DNA from: an uncultured Lentisphaeria bacterium
GTDB taxonomy: Bacteria; Verrucomicrobiota; Lentisphaeria; JABSQK01; JAJFLO01
NCBI GenBank assembly: GCA_951812855.1
Contig: OX638337.1
Span: 510,001-542,000 of the forward strand
Direction: 5' to 3'
DNA length: 32,000 bases
In this document: in pieces, positions 1 through 9,445 of the stretch
Layout of the letters: every line of letters begins with the position of its first letter
How positions within the stretch are numbered: position 1 is the stretch's first letter
The notes under the pieces: model-generated
Told to the model about the DNA's origin: nothing
The model's database searches: none
The model's input: the letters and a program-made list of their open reading frames with translations, nothing else
Program-made: the position numbers and the translations under genes

Positions 1-2
1 TG

Positions 3-407
3 GCCAGATTTAAAGAGATTGAGAAATTACTCAGCAATTACCGCCTCCTGGAAAAATATCAAGATGACTACCGCCTCTACTATCTATTGTCAATCAACGG
101 CACATTGAGTATAAGCCTGATTGGCAACAGGCAAGGGCACTACCATCAAGCAATAGAGAGGCTATTTGCCTTAGCTGACCCAGAGATTTTTAATGCCCGC
201 ACTCTAACCAGGCTGATACTTAAAAAAAGGCTTTACTTAAGGCCTGTTCCTTTTATCCGTCATTATGTTGGTTTATATCTCCTGTTTGCTGGCAGTTGGT
301 CGCTGTACAGACATTATTGCCGGCTAACTTATACAATATATCTCTGGGTTAATGGCAGGACAATCAGACAATTCATATCAAACTTGAGATTTTTTAAGGC
401 AGGCTGA
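3..407 (+). CDS. hypothetical protein, 5' end beyond the left window edge
   Basis: The frame of the listed 87..407 ORF stays open back to base 3 (ARFKEIEKLLSNYRLLEKYQDDYRLYYLL...). The listed TTG start is therefore probably internal. No family recognised. The C-terminal part is hydrophobic. Confidence 0.3.
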   Translation, partial: ARFKEIEKLLSNYRLLEKYQDDYRLYYLLSINGTLSISLIGNRQGHYHQAIERLFALADPEIFNARTLTRLILKKRLYLRPVPFIRHYVGLYLLFAGSWSLYRHYCRLTYTIYLWVNGRTIRQFISNLRFFKAG

Positions 408-417
408 TTTAAGGACT

Positions 418-669
418 TTATATGCCGAAAAGATTTTGATTAAATTGCCTGATCTGATCTCTAACCGCCGCTGCCTGTTCAAACTCTAAATCATGTGCAT
501 GCTGATACATTTTTTTCTCCAGTATTTTAAGCCGCTTAGCGGCCTCATGAGGTGGAAGCTCCGGTGCAATGTTGACAGCAGGTATTTTGGGTGATTTTTT
601 TCGGTTACTTTGACTATGCTGCGGTAAGATGTACAGAAAGTTTACTTGTAACTCTTCTAACCGGAGAAA
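418..669 (-). pseudogene. UVR-domain fragment resembling the extreme C-terminus of UvrB
   Basis: Hand translation of the minus strand gives ...PELPPHEAAKRLKILEKKMYQHAHDLEFEQAAAVRDQIRQFNQNLFGI* (stop at 418-420). The LEFE..AA..RD.I pattern is the UvrB/UvrC UVR motif. The open frame is only 84 codons (upstream stop at 670-672). It has no ATG/GTG/TTG upstream of the motif, so it is absent from the ORF track. Confidence 0.45.
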
Positions 670-882
670 TTAATATCCCAAAAATAGCGGTAAACAAATT
701 CAGTCAACCCACCATAGGCGATACACCGTCCGAAGATGAAGAAGCAAAAAAGTTAAATTCACGCCTTACCCGTGCCTCGAAGATTATGAAACAGAAACGG
801 GAACGACTGCATTGATTATTGATCAATGAACAAGGTTAAAAACATAACTTTTTAGTTGCGTTATTTTCTCTTTATTTTGCTA

Positions 883-1077
883 TTAATCTATTTTAGGTAT
901 TATTCCACCCGGGCACCCGTAATGGCAAACAACCTCTGTTTGTTCACTTAAATTTAATTCTAACGGATTAATAAATTTTTCCATTTGAAAAGAATAATAT
1001 AAACAGCCGATTTCAGTATGAGGACGATTGACCGATAGCAGATATAAAATCTGTTCCTGAAAGTCTGTTAAGGGCAT
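883..1077 (-). CDS. short ORF overlapping the upstream small basic ORF by 10 nt; possible truncated toxin-like partner
   Basis: The 64 aa ORF (MPLTDFQEQILYLLSVNRP...) overlaps the end of ORF 1068..1334 in operon-like fashion. It is too short and too diverged to assign a family. Confidence 0.2.
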   Translation of the reverse strand: MPLTDFQEQILYLLSVNRPHTEIGCLYYSFQMEKFINPLELNLSEQTEVVCHYGCPGGIIPKID

Positions 1078-1334
1078 AATTTAGCTCCGGCTTCCCAGGC
1101 TGCCCGTCCACCATTTTTCATTAATTGTTGTGCAACCCATTGAATGTCTTCAGCTTCGATCGTGCAGTTTGGATCAAACGACCAAAAACAGGACGTATAA
1201 AACCGTTTGTAAGCACGCCTGGCTTCACGAAGTCGCGTCATATTCCGGGCTGTTTCCGAATCTAATTTGCGTCGACTCTTTTGACCGCCGATCTTGCCAA
1301 TTTCAGAAAAGTATTTTCGCACATTTTTATCCAT
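1068..1334 (-). CDS. small basic hypothetical protein (possible antitoxin-like DNA binder)
   Basis: 88 aa ORF. The N-terminal half is Lys/Arg-rich (GKIGGQKSRRKLDSETARNMTRLREARRAYKRF). It is translationally coupled to the next short ORF. No family confidently recognised. Confidence 0.35.
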   Translation of the reverse strand: MDKNVRKYFSEIGKIGGQKSRRKLDSETARNMTRLREARRAYKRFYTSCFWSFDPNCTIEAEDIQWVAQQLMKNGGRAAWEAGAKLCP

Positions 1335-1474
1335 GCCAATATCATAAGCTGCTTATGATAATTGCCAATCAAAATCATGGGTCTTAAAAATTTAAATTAG
1401 TGATATCCTGCATGCTTTACCAACAATGGAGTGATCCTTGGAGGCATGCCGCTCAGAGCCGATTCGATGTGGAA

Positions 1475-1696
1475 TCAATACTGGAGATATTGTACGGTAG
1501 AGAATTTTGGATCTGAGATTGAGGTAAATCCTTTAAGAATCTCGATGCCATTGCTCTGTAGCAGGTTCAGATCAATGACTGCGACACTAAATTCCTGACG
1601 TTCAAGTTTGTTTCTGGAATCCTGAATATTTGTAGCACTCTCAACCTCAAGCCCTTTAGGTTAAAGGATATTGCATTCATCTTGAGTTTCTGACAA
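1475..1696 (-). pseudogene. response-regulator receiver (CheY-like) domain remnant
   Basis: Hand translation gives LSETQDECNIL*PKGLEVESATNIQDSRNKLERQEFSVAVIDLNLLQSNGIEILKGF...* . This fits the receiver-domain pattern G.eV..a....ea...l....fdlvilDl.lp..nGie.l. There is an in-frame TAA at 1661-1663 and a TGA at 1697-1699. No start codon and no output domain are present. Confidence 0.5.
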
Positions 1697-1722
1697 TCAC
1701 GATCTGATGGTTTAAAGACTGG

Positions 1723-2337
1723 CTAAATTAATTCGACTAAATATTCTCCCCTGACGGAATTAAATAATTTTATCTCAGTTGCATTCATTAAATCTTCTTT
1801 ATAAAAAACACATTCCGTTAATTTATTTTTGTCAAGTAATTCTGCCCGTTTTGTACCAGCAAGTAACCCGCAGGAAATGGGCGGCGTCACCCATTTCTCC
1901 TCAATTTGGATCGCAATATTTGCAATACAACTCTCGGTAATTTCCCCATCCTGATTATACAACACCACATCATCAGCTATTTTACAGTGATTCATTGCCT
2001 GATCATAGACCTCGCGGTTTGTTGTTTTATGAAACAAATAAATATTACTATTCTTTACAGGCTTTTCTGCAATCGAGAGTTTAAGTTTCGATTTGGATTG
2101 TTTAGGCAATTCAAAATAATCAAGTTTAATATGTCCCTGTTTATCCAATACTAATCGAACACGTTTTTCTGTCTTACACTGTTTTCCTTTTTCTGTTAAA
2201 ATTTCCTGGATATCTGAACGGTTACAGCTAAAACAAAAAAAAGAAGCTGATGATTCCAGTCTTTCTAAATGCTGATCTAATAAATAATAACCATTCTCCG
2301 GGGTAAAGAGCATTGTTTCAAAGAGTTTAAAGGACAT
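1723..2337 (-). CDS. aminotransferase class IV family protein (aminodeoxychorismate lyase-like)
   Basis: 204 aa ORF starting MSFKLFETMLF...LLDQHLERL. It contains HKTTNREVYD and an ANIAIQ...WVTPP...GLLAGTKR block, typical of PabC/class IV fold proteins. It is shorter than canonical members. Confidence 0.7.
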   Translation of the reverse strand: MSFKLFETMLFTPENGYYLLDQHLERLESSASFFCFSCNRSDIQEILTEKGKQCKTEKRVRLVLDKQGHIKLDYFELPKQSKSKLKLSIAEKPVKNSNIYLFHKTTNREVYDQAMNHCKIADDVVLYNQDGEITESCIANIAIQIEEKWVTPPISCGLLAGTKRAELLDKNKLTECVFYKEDLMNATEIKLFNSVRGEYLVELI

Positions 2338-2373
2338 AATCGGTCGTCACGTTTGACTGAACGGGCGTTCGTA

Positions 2374-3873
2374 TTAGTTTTTCTGTATAATAACCGTTAC
2401 AGTGGCTTTTTTTGAATTTTTCTCACCATCATTTACTTTGAAGGTAAATTTATCTTTGCCCGATGCATCTTTAGTTGGGCAGTATTTAAAAATACCCTGG
2501 GCGGCATCAAGTTTTACCCTTCCTTTCTCAGGATTTTCAACGATTTCAAATGTTAATGTTTCACCTTTCGGATCGCTGCCTTCTATAATACTGGAAGCAG
2601 CCATATTCTGAAAGGTTTCGATACGTGTGTCGAAAGCAACAGGAGATTTATTCGCTGATACAGTTTCCTGTCTAACAATAACTGGCGATTCATCCGGCTT
2701 TGGTTCTGCCAAAGGTTCCTCAATTTTGTGTTTGACTCCAGCCTCATCGTGAAGCACCGGTCTGCTGTTGATATTAAAACTTATTTTTCCAAAACTCTGA
2801 CCATCTATTGTCAATAAAACTCGAATATTTGTTCCATTACAGAGTACCCGCTTCAGGGTTATAATTCCGCCAACTGCATCATTTTCGTCATCGTCAAATT
2901 CAATAATATTATCTTCCGGTAAAATTTCCTCATTGGAACTTGATGCGGTGATTTTTAATATCTGTATATCTTCATCTGCTCCTCCACCTTCATCAACTGA
3001 AAATTCAACTGATACCGATTTTTCATCCTCGAGAATATCAACAGATTCAATTAGACTGAATTCAGGCGGATCATTGACTGGTTTGACGGTAATAAAAAAC
3101 GATTCCTCAATGTGATCAAAACCGTCACTTACAGTAACAGTGATCTCAGTTTTACCTACTGCATCCATCCTGGGGTATAAGGAAATCATGCCACTTTTTT
3201 CAAAATTTTTATCGTTGCGAAAGTCAGACGAAATGTTATCATTGGAAATCACCGAAGGATTTGAATTTTGAAAAGTCAACGATATGTCTTGCGACTCTTC
3301 ATCATTTCCACCTCCGACATCAGTACTGATTTTTATGTCTGCACTGGAATCATCTTCATTAACAGTCATATTTTCGATTGGAGAAATAACAGGCAGATCA
3401 TTAACGGCATCTACAGTAACATTGAATTGTTGTGATACCTGTGCAGTACCGTCATCAAGGATTAAGGTAATAACGGAGGTACCATTCTGATCTTTTGCAG
3501 GAATGATTTCAAAACTGCCATCGACAGCATCAAAATCTATGTCATTAAAATACACAATCAGACTGGCATCAGGTATTAATTCTTTGTTTGAACTCGATGC
3601 CGGAATTGTTAAAACCTGACTGTCCCCGTCTCCGCCGCCGCCTTCGTCCATAGTAAACGAAATTCTTTCAGTCGGAGTATCTTCCTTTGTTTTTTTGTAT
3701 CTGTTTGCATTTCCATCATTTTTCTCTCTTCCTTTTTTTATGTGTTGTATTATGTTGGTTTGTGTTGGTTTCCATCTTTTTTTTGTTACTCGTTCATAAA
3801 AACCAGAAAAGAAAGACATCCAGCAAGCGATAGAGAAAAGAGTATAAGGTAGATACAATACTTTACGAGCCAT
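2374..3873 (-). CDS. cadherin-like / Ig-like repeat surface protein with N-terminal membrane anchor
   Basis: 499 aa ORF. A module is repeated three times: DEGGG.D.D.Q.L.I.ASSSN.E(L/I)(I/L)P ... F.(V/I)TV..VND(L/P)P. The C-terminal domain reads SPVAFD...SDPKGETLTFEIVENPEKGRVKLD...KDKFTFKVNDGEKNSKKATVTV, typical of adhesin Ig/cadherin repeats. The N-terminus is MARK followed by a hydrophobic stretch. The start codon lies inside the repeat block at 3863-4040, so the true start is uncertain. Confidence 0.7.
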   Translation of the reverse strand: MARKVLYLPYTLFSIACWMSFFSGFYERVTKKRWKPTQTNIIQHIKKGREKNDGNANRYKKTKEDTPTERISFTMDEGGGGDGDSQVLTIPASSSNKELIPDASLIVYFNDIDFDAVDGSFEIIPAKDQNGTSVITLILDDGTAQVSQQFNVTVDAVNDLPVISPIENMTVNEDDSSADIKISTDVGGGNDEESQDISLTFQNSNPSVISNDNISSDFRNDKNFEKSGMISLYPRMDAVGKTEITVTVSDGFDHIEESFFITVKPVNDPPEFSLIESVDILEDEKSVSVEFSVDEGGGADEDIQILKITASSSNEEILPEDNIIEFDDDENDAVGGIITLKRVLCNGTNIRVLLTIDGQSFGKISFNINSRPVLHDEAGVKHKIEEPLAEPKPDESPVIVRQETVSANKSPVAFDTRIETFQNMAASSIIEGSDPKGETLTFEIVENPEKGRVKLDAAQGIFKYCPTKDASGKDKFTFKVNDGEKNSKKATVTVIIQKN

Positions 3874-4040
3874 AGTATAGATGATATGGAGTGTAGTATA
3901 GATGATATGTATTCTATAATATCCGTAGATGATAGGTCTTCTATAATATCCGTAATATACTCATATTGTTTGTAGATCACACAATTTACGAGGCTTAGTA
4001 TAGATGATAGGGCTTCTAAAATCTCCGTAATATACTTATC
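3863..4040. repeat. nested direct-repeat block: about 56-bp unit present twice, with the first copy internally expanded
   Basis: The intact unit at 3984-4040 is tttacgaggcttagtatagatgatagggcttctaaaatctccgtaatatacttatct. The copy at 3863-3967 begins tttacgagccatagtatagatgata and ends ggtcttctataatatccgtaatatactcatatt, with an internal duplication. The sub-motif tagtatagatgata occurs at 3873, 3894 and 3996. The sub-motif ttcta(t/a)aat(a/c)tccgta occurs at 3912, 3939 and 4014. Confidence 0.85.
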
Positions 4041-4086
4041 TTCTTGATTGTTATATTGGTTCTTTTCAATTACATCTTTTCCCATT

Positions 4087-4671
4087 TTACTCTCTCCCTT
4101 TCTTTTGTTTGGTTGTTATTATTATGTTTCTGATTCCCTCCATAATCACCTGTGCGACCTGCGGGACGATTGCATTTCCGAGTGCTTTAATTCGGTGTAT
4201 CCTGGCGGGTATCCCATGAGCCACTCTACCCACGCCGGGTTCAGATTCCCGGATACTTCCGCTTCGCCTATCGCATCGCCCAGCGTATTCGATTCTGTCC
4301 GTCCGGATTTTTTTAAGGTTTCCTTTTTTCTTGGGCCCTTCCAGTCCCTGCTTAGCGGTAACCGAAAGTTCAAAGTTTCGCGGAAATTCTATGGCGTACC
4401 ATCCTTCTTTCCCGCTGATAACATTAACCCTTGAACGCTTTGGTAATTGTGTCATTACCTGATAGTCTTTACCGGGACCGGTACGTACATTCGGTGATGA
4501 GGCAGTCGTTGAACCGATACGCGTGGGTTTACGCACAAAATCCGGAGAAGTATACCCAAAATATAACTGACCCGGCGTACCTAACATAAAAAAGGCCCAT
4601 ATACCAAGAAGCTTGAAGTAAATCTGTCTGCTGTTAACTGAGTACAATTTTTCGACTCCGGGTATTATCAT
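4087..4671 (-). pseudogene. chimeric remnant: bacterial SH3-like segment fused to the C-terminal end of a phage-type DNA methyltransferase
   Basis: The 194 aa ORF ends ...EPGVGRVAHGIPARIHRIKALGNAIVPQVAQVIMEGI. LGNA.VP is the C-terminal motif of C5 DNA methyltransferases. All upstream catalytic motifs are missing. Residues 55-96 (SSPNVRTGPGKDYQVMTQLPKRSRVNVISGKEGWYAIEF, DNA 4384-4509) look like an SH3_3 domain. The overlapping ORF 4146..4373 reads NLNPAWVEWLMGYPPGYTELKHSEM in another frame over the same DNA. Confidence 0.6.
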
Positions 4672-5140
4672 ATGTCGACACGATCACAAGAAGTTTGAAT
4701 GTAAGAAACAGGTCTTTTTAATCAACCGGTCTGTCTTTCCTGCATGTTCCGAAACATCAATCATCGACATCTTATTGATTAATTGATCTAAATTGTCAGC
4801 TCCTGATTATTCAACTTTAAGCATGGCAGATCAATATAGAAAATTTAAATCATCAGTACGCCCTGAGATTCTTTTTAATACCAGGCTAACCAGATTTAAA
4901 TAGAATTAACAAATGGTAACGTACCTGATTAAACTCAGTGATCACACTTCTTAAAACAACTCAGTACATAAAATACCGGCTGGCCTACATTATCGCAGAA
5001 TCCAAATCATCATGTAAACCAGAGAAATAAAAATAAAAATGTGACCATGCGTTCTAAACCGTTTTTATAGTTGATCCAACCCTGATCTGAAAAATCAACG
5101 TACTTAATAATCAAATTGATACTCAGTAATATCTCCAAAG

Positions 5141-8020
5141 ATGAAAAAAACATCACAGAATACAGCAATTAGAGAGATTTCCATTGTCGGTGCAAAACAA
5201 CATAATCTAAAAAATATTTCAGTAAAAATCCCTCGAAATAAATTGATTGTGATAACCGGACTCAGTGGTTCAGGTAAATCGTCTCTTGCATTCGATACAT
5301 TATACGCTGAAGGTCAACGACGCTATATTGAGAGTTTGTCGGCTTATGCCCGTCAATTTTTGGATAAAATGCAAAAGCCTGATGTTGACCATATTGATGG
5401 ATTATCTCCGGCTATAGCAATTGAACAACGGTCTGCCGGAGGAAGCCCGCGGTCGATCGTTGCAACAACAACAGAAATTTATGATTATTTGCGACTCCTG
5501 TTCGCACATATCGGAAAACCACACTGTCCTGAGTGCGGCAGACCTGTAAAGGGACAGAGTCCACAACAAATATGTGATCATATCAGCACATTTCCATCGG
5601 ACAAAAAAATGATGCTCCTTGCCCCTGTCGTCAAAGGCAGAAAAGGAGAACACAGAGATATAATTGAAAAAATGAGGGTCGACGGCTTTATAAGAGCAAG
5701 AATAGACGGGAATTTTATCAGTCTTGATGATGAAATTTCACTTGATAAAAAATTCAAACACAGTCTTGATGTCGTCGTGGATCGCCTGATAACCGGAAAT
5801 ATTGACAGTTCTCGCCTAATTGATTCTGTAGAACGCTGCCTGAAATCAGGTGAAGGCTCCCTAATCGTTCTCATTGAAAAAGATCACAAATCCGATGAAT
5901 GGGATGAGCAGACTATTAGTGAACATCTTGCATGTACACGCTGTAATATAAGTGTTGGTAAACTTTTACCCAGAAATTTTTCCTTCAACAGTCCTTATGG
6001 TGCCTGTCCCGCCTGCCATGGATTGGGTAATATGGAAATCGCAGACGAAGCAAAAATTGTTGATCCGGAAAAGGCTGTTGGATCCGGTGCGGTTCCGCTA
6101 TTTAAAACCGGCCCGCGTCGGCTGATTATTTATAACAATCATCTTCTTCGTTGTGTTTCAGAACATTATAATTTTGAGCTGAGTACAAAATTCAAAAAAC
6201 TGTCTAAAAAAATACAACATATATTGCTATACGGCAGCGGCGAAGAATCGATCAACTTTAACTTTAAATGGCGACGTCGTTTATATAAAAAGACAAAACC
6301 GTTTGAGGGAATTATCCCGTTACTCAATCGTCGATATCGTGAAACCGAATCAACAACCATGCGTGAGCGTCTTAAAAAAGTTATGCACCGTCAAAGCTGC
6401 CCGCGTTGTCAGGGGTCACGGTTACGCCCTGAAAGCCTTGCCGTTACAATAAGAGGAAAATCAATCGATCATTTCATTCGATTGAGTGTTCAGGATGCCT
6501 ATGATTACATACTAAATCTCAAATTACAGGGGGAAGAATTAATCATTGCAACCGAAATCCTGAGAGAAATAAAAACCAGACTCAGCTTCTTAAACGCAGT
6601 GGGACTAACCTACCTGACCCTCAACAGAGAGAGCGGCACCTTGTCCGGCGGCGAAGCTCAGCGAATCCGACTCGCCACACAGGTGGGCAGCGGCCTCACC
6701 GGTGTACTCTATGTACTGGATGAACCCAGTATTGGACTGCATCAGCGTGATAATCATCGATTACTTGACACCCTGACAAAATTGCGGGACGTCGGTAATA
6801 CCGTCGTCGTCGTCGAACATGATATGGATACCATTCTCAAAGCCGATTGCGTCCTTGATATTGGCCCGGGTGCAGGCATACATGGGGGAAAGCTTATTGC
6901 CCAGGGGTCACCAAAGCAAATTAAGAAAAATGCAGCGTCATTAACGGGCAAATACCTGAGTTCGAAATTAAGCATTACCATACCGCCTAAACGCGTAAAA
7001 GCAGCGAAAAATAATCCGGCAATAACGATAACCGGTGCATCAATGAATAATCTGAAAAGTATTAGCGTAAAGATTCCATTGGGAACGTTCTGCTGTATTA
7101 CCGGTGTTTCCGGATCAGGTAAAAGCACCTTGATTAACGGAATTTTAACAAAAGCAGTAAAACGACATTTTAATCTCGGCAGTGAAATCCCGGGTATGTT
7201 TAAGAAAATTAATGGACTCAAACATATCGATAAAATGATTGTCATTGATCAAAGTCCAATTGGACGAACCCCCCGGTCAAATCCGGCAACATATACAGGG
7301 GCATTTGATCTGATTCGTCAATTATTCTCACAAATTCCCGAAGCAAAGGTGCGGGGGTACAAGCCGGGTCGATTCAGTTTTAATGTCAAGGGCGGCCGCT
7401 GTGAGGATTGTAAAGGCGATGGATTAAAAAAAATTGAGATGCAGTTTCTGCCGGATATCTATGTAACGTGCGAAACATGCAAAGGTCGCCGTTATAATCG
7501 GGATACAATGAATGTTCGCTATAAAGGAAGAAACATCGCAGAAATTCTACAGATGAGTATTGAAGAAGCCGATGGATTCTTTGATGCTATACCCAAACTA
7601 AAACGAATCTTAAAAACCCTGAATGACGTTGGACTCGGTTACATGCACGTCGGTCAATCCGCAACCACGCTGAGCGGGGGAGAAGCACAACGGGTTAAAC
7701 TGGCATCCGAACTTGCCCGGATACAGCGAGGACATACGCTCTACATCTTAGATGAACCCACTACCGGACTCCATCTTGATGATATAAGAAAATTATTAAC
7801 TGTTTTACATACTCTAAGAGACCAGAACAATACGGTTTTGGTTATTGAACATAATCTCGATGTTATAAAAGTGAGTGATTGGATTATTGACCTTGGCCCT
7901 GAAGGCGGTGATGAAGGTGGCCACGTCGTCGATGCCGGTCCACCCGAAAAAATTGTGAAAAACAAAAAAAGCTATACCGGCCAATTTCTAAAACCGATTC
8001 TGGAAAAAGATAAAAAATAG
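5141..8020 (+). CDS. uvrA: excinuclease ABC subunit A
   Basis: 959 aa. The N-terminus is [34 protein letters not shown]. There are two ABC signatures ([24 protein letters not shown]), zinc-finger Cys clusters, and a second Walker A motif [10 protein letters not shown]. Confidence 0.98.
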   Translation: MKKTSQNTAIREISIVGAKQHNLKNISVKIPRNKLIVITGLSGSGKSSLAFDTLYAEGQRRYIESLSAYARQFLDKMQKPDVDHIDGLSPAIAIEQRSAGGSPRSIVATTTEIYDYLRLLFAHIGKPHCPECGRPVKGQSPQQICDHISTFPSDKKMMLLAPVVKGRKGEHRDIIEKMRVDGFIRARIDGNFISLDDEISLDKKFKHSLDVVVDRLITGNIDSSRLIDSVERCLKSGEGSLIVLIEKDHKSDEWDEQTISEHLACTRCNISVGKLLPRNFSFNSPYGACPACHGLGNMEIADEAKIVDPEKAVGSGAVPLFKTGPRRLIIYNNHLLRCVSEHYNFELSTKFKKLSKKIQHILLYGSGEESINFNFKWRRRLYKKTKPFEGIIPLLNRRYRETESTTMRERLKKVMHRQSCPRCQGSRLRPESLAVTIRGKSIDHFIRLSVQDAYDYILNLKLQGEELIIATEILREIKTRLSFLNAVGLTYLTLNRESGTLSGGEAQRIRLATQVGSGLTGVLYVLDEPSIGLHQRDNHRLLDTLTKLRDVGNTVVVVEHDMDTILKADCVLDIGPGAGIHGGKLIAQGSPKQIKKNAASLTGKYLSSKLSITIPPKRVKAAKNNPAITITGASMNNLKSISVKIPLGTFCCITGVSGSGKSTLINGILTKAVKRHFNLGSEIPGMFKKINGLKHIDKMIVIDQSPIGRTPRSNPATYTGAFDLIRQLFSQIPEAKVRGYKPGRFSFNVKGGRCEDCKGDGLKKIEMQFLPDIYVTCETCKGRRYNRDTMNVRYKGRNIAEILQMSIEEADGFFDAIPKLKRILKTLNDVGLGYMHVGQSATTLSGGEAQRVKLASELARIQRGHTLYILDEPTTGLHLDDIRKLLTVLHTLRDQNNTVLVIEHNLDVIKVSDWIIDLGPEGGDEGGHVVDAGPPEKIVKNKKSYTGQFLKPILEKDKK

Positions 8021-8286
8021 GTCTATGATGGAGCCGGCGAATTGAACCCGCCACGGCGGCCATTGAAGAATTAAAAACTTACTGACGATGAATGTTAAGC
8101 ATATAAAACATGTATAACATTCTCATTGAAATAACTCAATCGTAAATAAGTGTATACGTTTTGTAAATTAAAAATCCGGAGCTCCCCCCTGAAGACAAGA
8201 CAACCCTTAATCCATAATCTTAAATATAGAGTCTTAAAGGTACATGTTTAATTATTCAGTATTCAACGCTAAGGAGATAACAACTT

Positions 8287-9387
8287 ATGGCTGGAGTATC
8301 ATGCGGTCTGGTTGGTCTGCCGAATGTCGGTAAATCAACACTGTTTAATGCAATCACGAATGCAGGGGCTGAGGCAGCGAATTATCCATTTTGCACCATA
8401 GAACCCAATGTCGGTGTTGTTACTGTTCCGGATAGTCGGGTTGATCGATTAACAGAGATTGAAAATCCGGGAAAGAAAATATACGCAACAATAGAATTTG
8501 TTGATATCGCGGGCCTGGTCAAAGGTGCCTCAAAGGGTGAAGGCCGGGGAAATCAGTTTCTCGAAAATATCCATCATGTCGATTTAATCGTGCATGTTGT
8601 CCGCTGTTTCAAAAACGATCAGGTGGTTCATGTTGACGGCAATGTTGATCCGGTTGCAGATATTGAGAACATCAATTTAGAATTGATTTTGGCTGATCTG
8701 GGCTATTGTGAGCGTGCAATTGAACGGCTGGCTAAAAAGATGAAAAGCGGAGACAGACAAGCTGCTGAAATCAGTAACGTACTTAAGCAGATAGCCGGGC
8801 ATCTTGGTAAGGAAGAATGTGTACGAACCCTCGACCTGACGGACGAAGACCGTAAAACGATACGCGACTATCGTTTCTTAACATCGAAAAATGTTATCTA
8901 CGCTGCAAATACAGGGGATGATGATCTGCCTGAAATGGACAATGAGTATGTAAAAGCAGTTCGTGAATTTGCTCAGAAAAATGGCGATTTGGTTGTCCCT
9001 GTCAGTGCATTAATCGAAGAAGAAGTTGCTCAACTTGATGATGTTGATGCCCTGGAATTTCTTGATGAACTCGGACTCTCCGAATCAGGACTGAACCGCC
9101 TGATTCGGACAAGTTACATGAGCCTGGGCTTAATAACGTATTTAACATCCGGAGAAAAAGAAGTCCGTGCCTGGACAATCCGTAACGGAACAAAAGGTCC
9201 ACAGGCAGCGGCTGTTATTCATACAGATTTTGAAAAAGGCTATATCCGGGCGGAAATCATCCCGTTTGAGGCGGTCGATAAGTATAATGGTAAAAAAGGT
9301 GCGCAGGAAGCTGGATTAATGCGTATTGAGGGAAAAGACTATGTCATGCAGGATGGCGACGTCACGGAATTTAGAGTGAGTACCTAG
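8287..9387 (+). CDS. ychF: redox-regulated ribosome-binding ATPase YchF
   Basis: 366 aa. It contains [18 protein letters not shown]...[13 protein letters not shown] and [10 protein letters not shown], and has a TGS-like C-terminus. A strong SD (aaggag) lies 9 nt upstream of the ATG. Confidence 0.97.
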   Translation: MAGVSCGLVGLPNVGKSTLFNAITNAGAEAANYPFCTIEPNVGVVTVPDSRVDRLTEIENPGKKIYATIEFVDIAGLVKGASKGEGRGNQFLENIHHVDLIVHVVRCFKNDQVVHVDGNVDPVADIENINLELILADLGYCERAIERLAKKMKSGDRQAAEISNVLKQIAGHLGKEECVRTLDLTDEDRKTIRDYRFLTSKNVIYAANTGDDDLPEMDNEYVKAVREFAQKNGDLVVPVSALIEEEVAQLDDVDALEFLDELGLSESGLNRLIRTSYMSLGLITYLTSGEKEVRAWTIRNGTKGPQAAAVIHTDFEKGYIRAEIIPFEAVDKYNGKKGAQEAGLMRIEGKDYVMQDGDVTEFRVST

Positions 9388-9445
9388 AAAATTAACGGTT
9401 CAGCTAATAACACGGGATCAGTCGAAACATTGCATCAATCAAACG

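Noticed and set aside
591-815. Listed 74-aa plus-strand ORF (GTG start).
   Set aside because: There is no RBS and no recognisable family. It lies in the degraded stretch next to the UVR fragment, so I cannot support it as a gene.
3863-4040. The repeat block as a CRISPR array.
   Set aside because: The repeats are contiguous or nested with no regularly sized unique spacers. Units differ in length, and no cas genes are present.
3786-4085. Listed 99-aa minus-strand ORF with a repetitive peptide (SSILSLV, SSILHSISSILWLV).
   Set aside because: Its repetitiveness simply mirrors the DNA repeat block. It overlaps the start of the adhesin gene and has no RBS or recognisable fold, so it is most likely non-coding.
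4672-4685. The 13-mer tgtcgacacgatc is shared between 4672-4685 and 14371-14385, each at the edge of a decayed gene. It could be read as flanking direct repeats of a ~9.7 kb element.
   Set aside because: Same-strand 13-mer matches in 32 kb are expected by chance several times: about (32000^2/2)/4^13, roughly 8, under uniform composition. Similarity does not extend convincingly beyond the 13-mer, and the enclosed genes include core uvrA and ychF.
5402-7965. Antisense ORFs inside uvrA (5402..5653, 5578..5874, 6166..6360, 6754..7245, 7741..7965). Similar ones lie inside the ABC gene, serC, mgtE, lpxI, the adhesin gene and others.
   Set aside because: They lie entirely within strongly supported genes on the opposite strand. 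They have low-complexity or Ser/Arg/Pro-biased composition typical of antisense frames, and no recognisable motifs.
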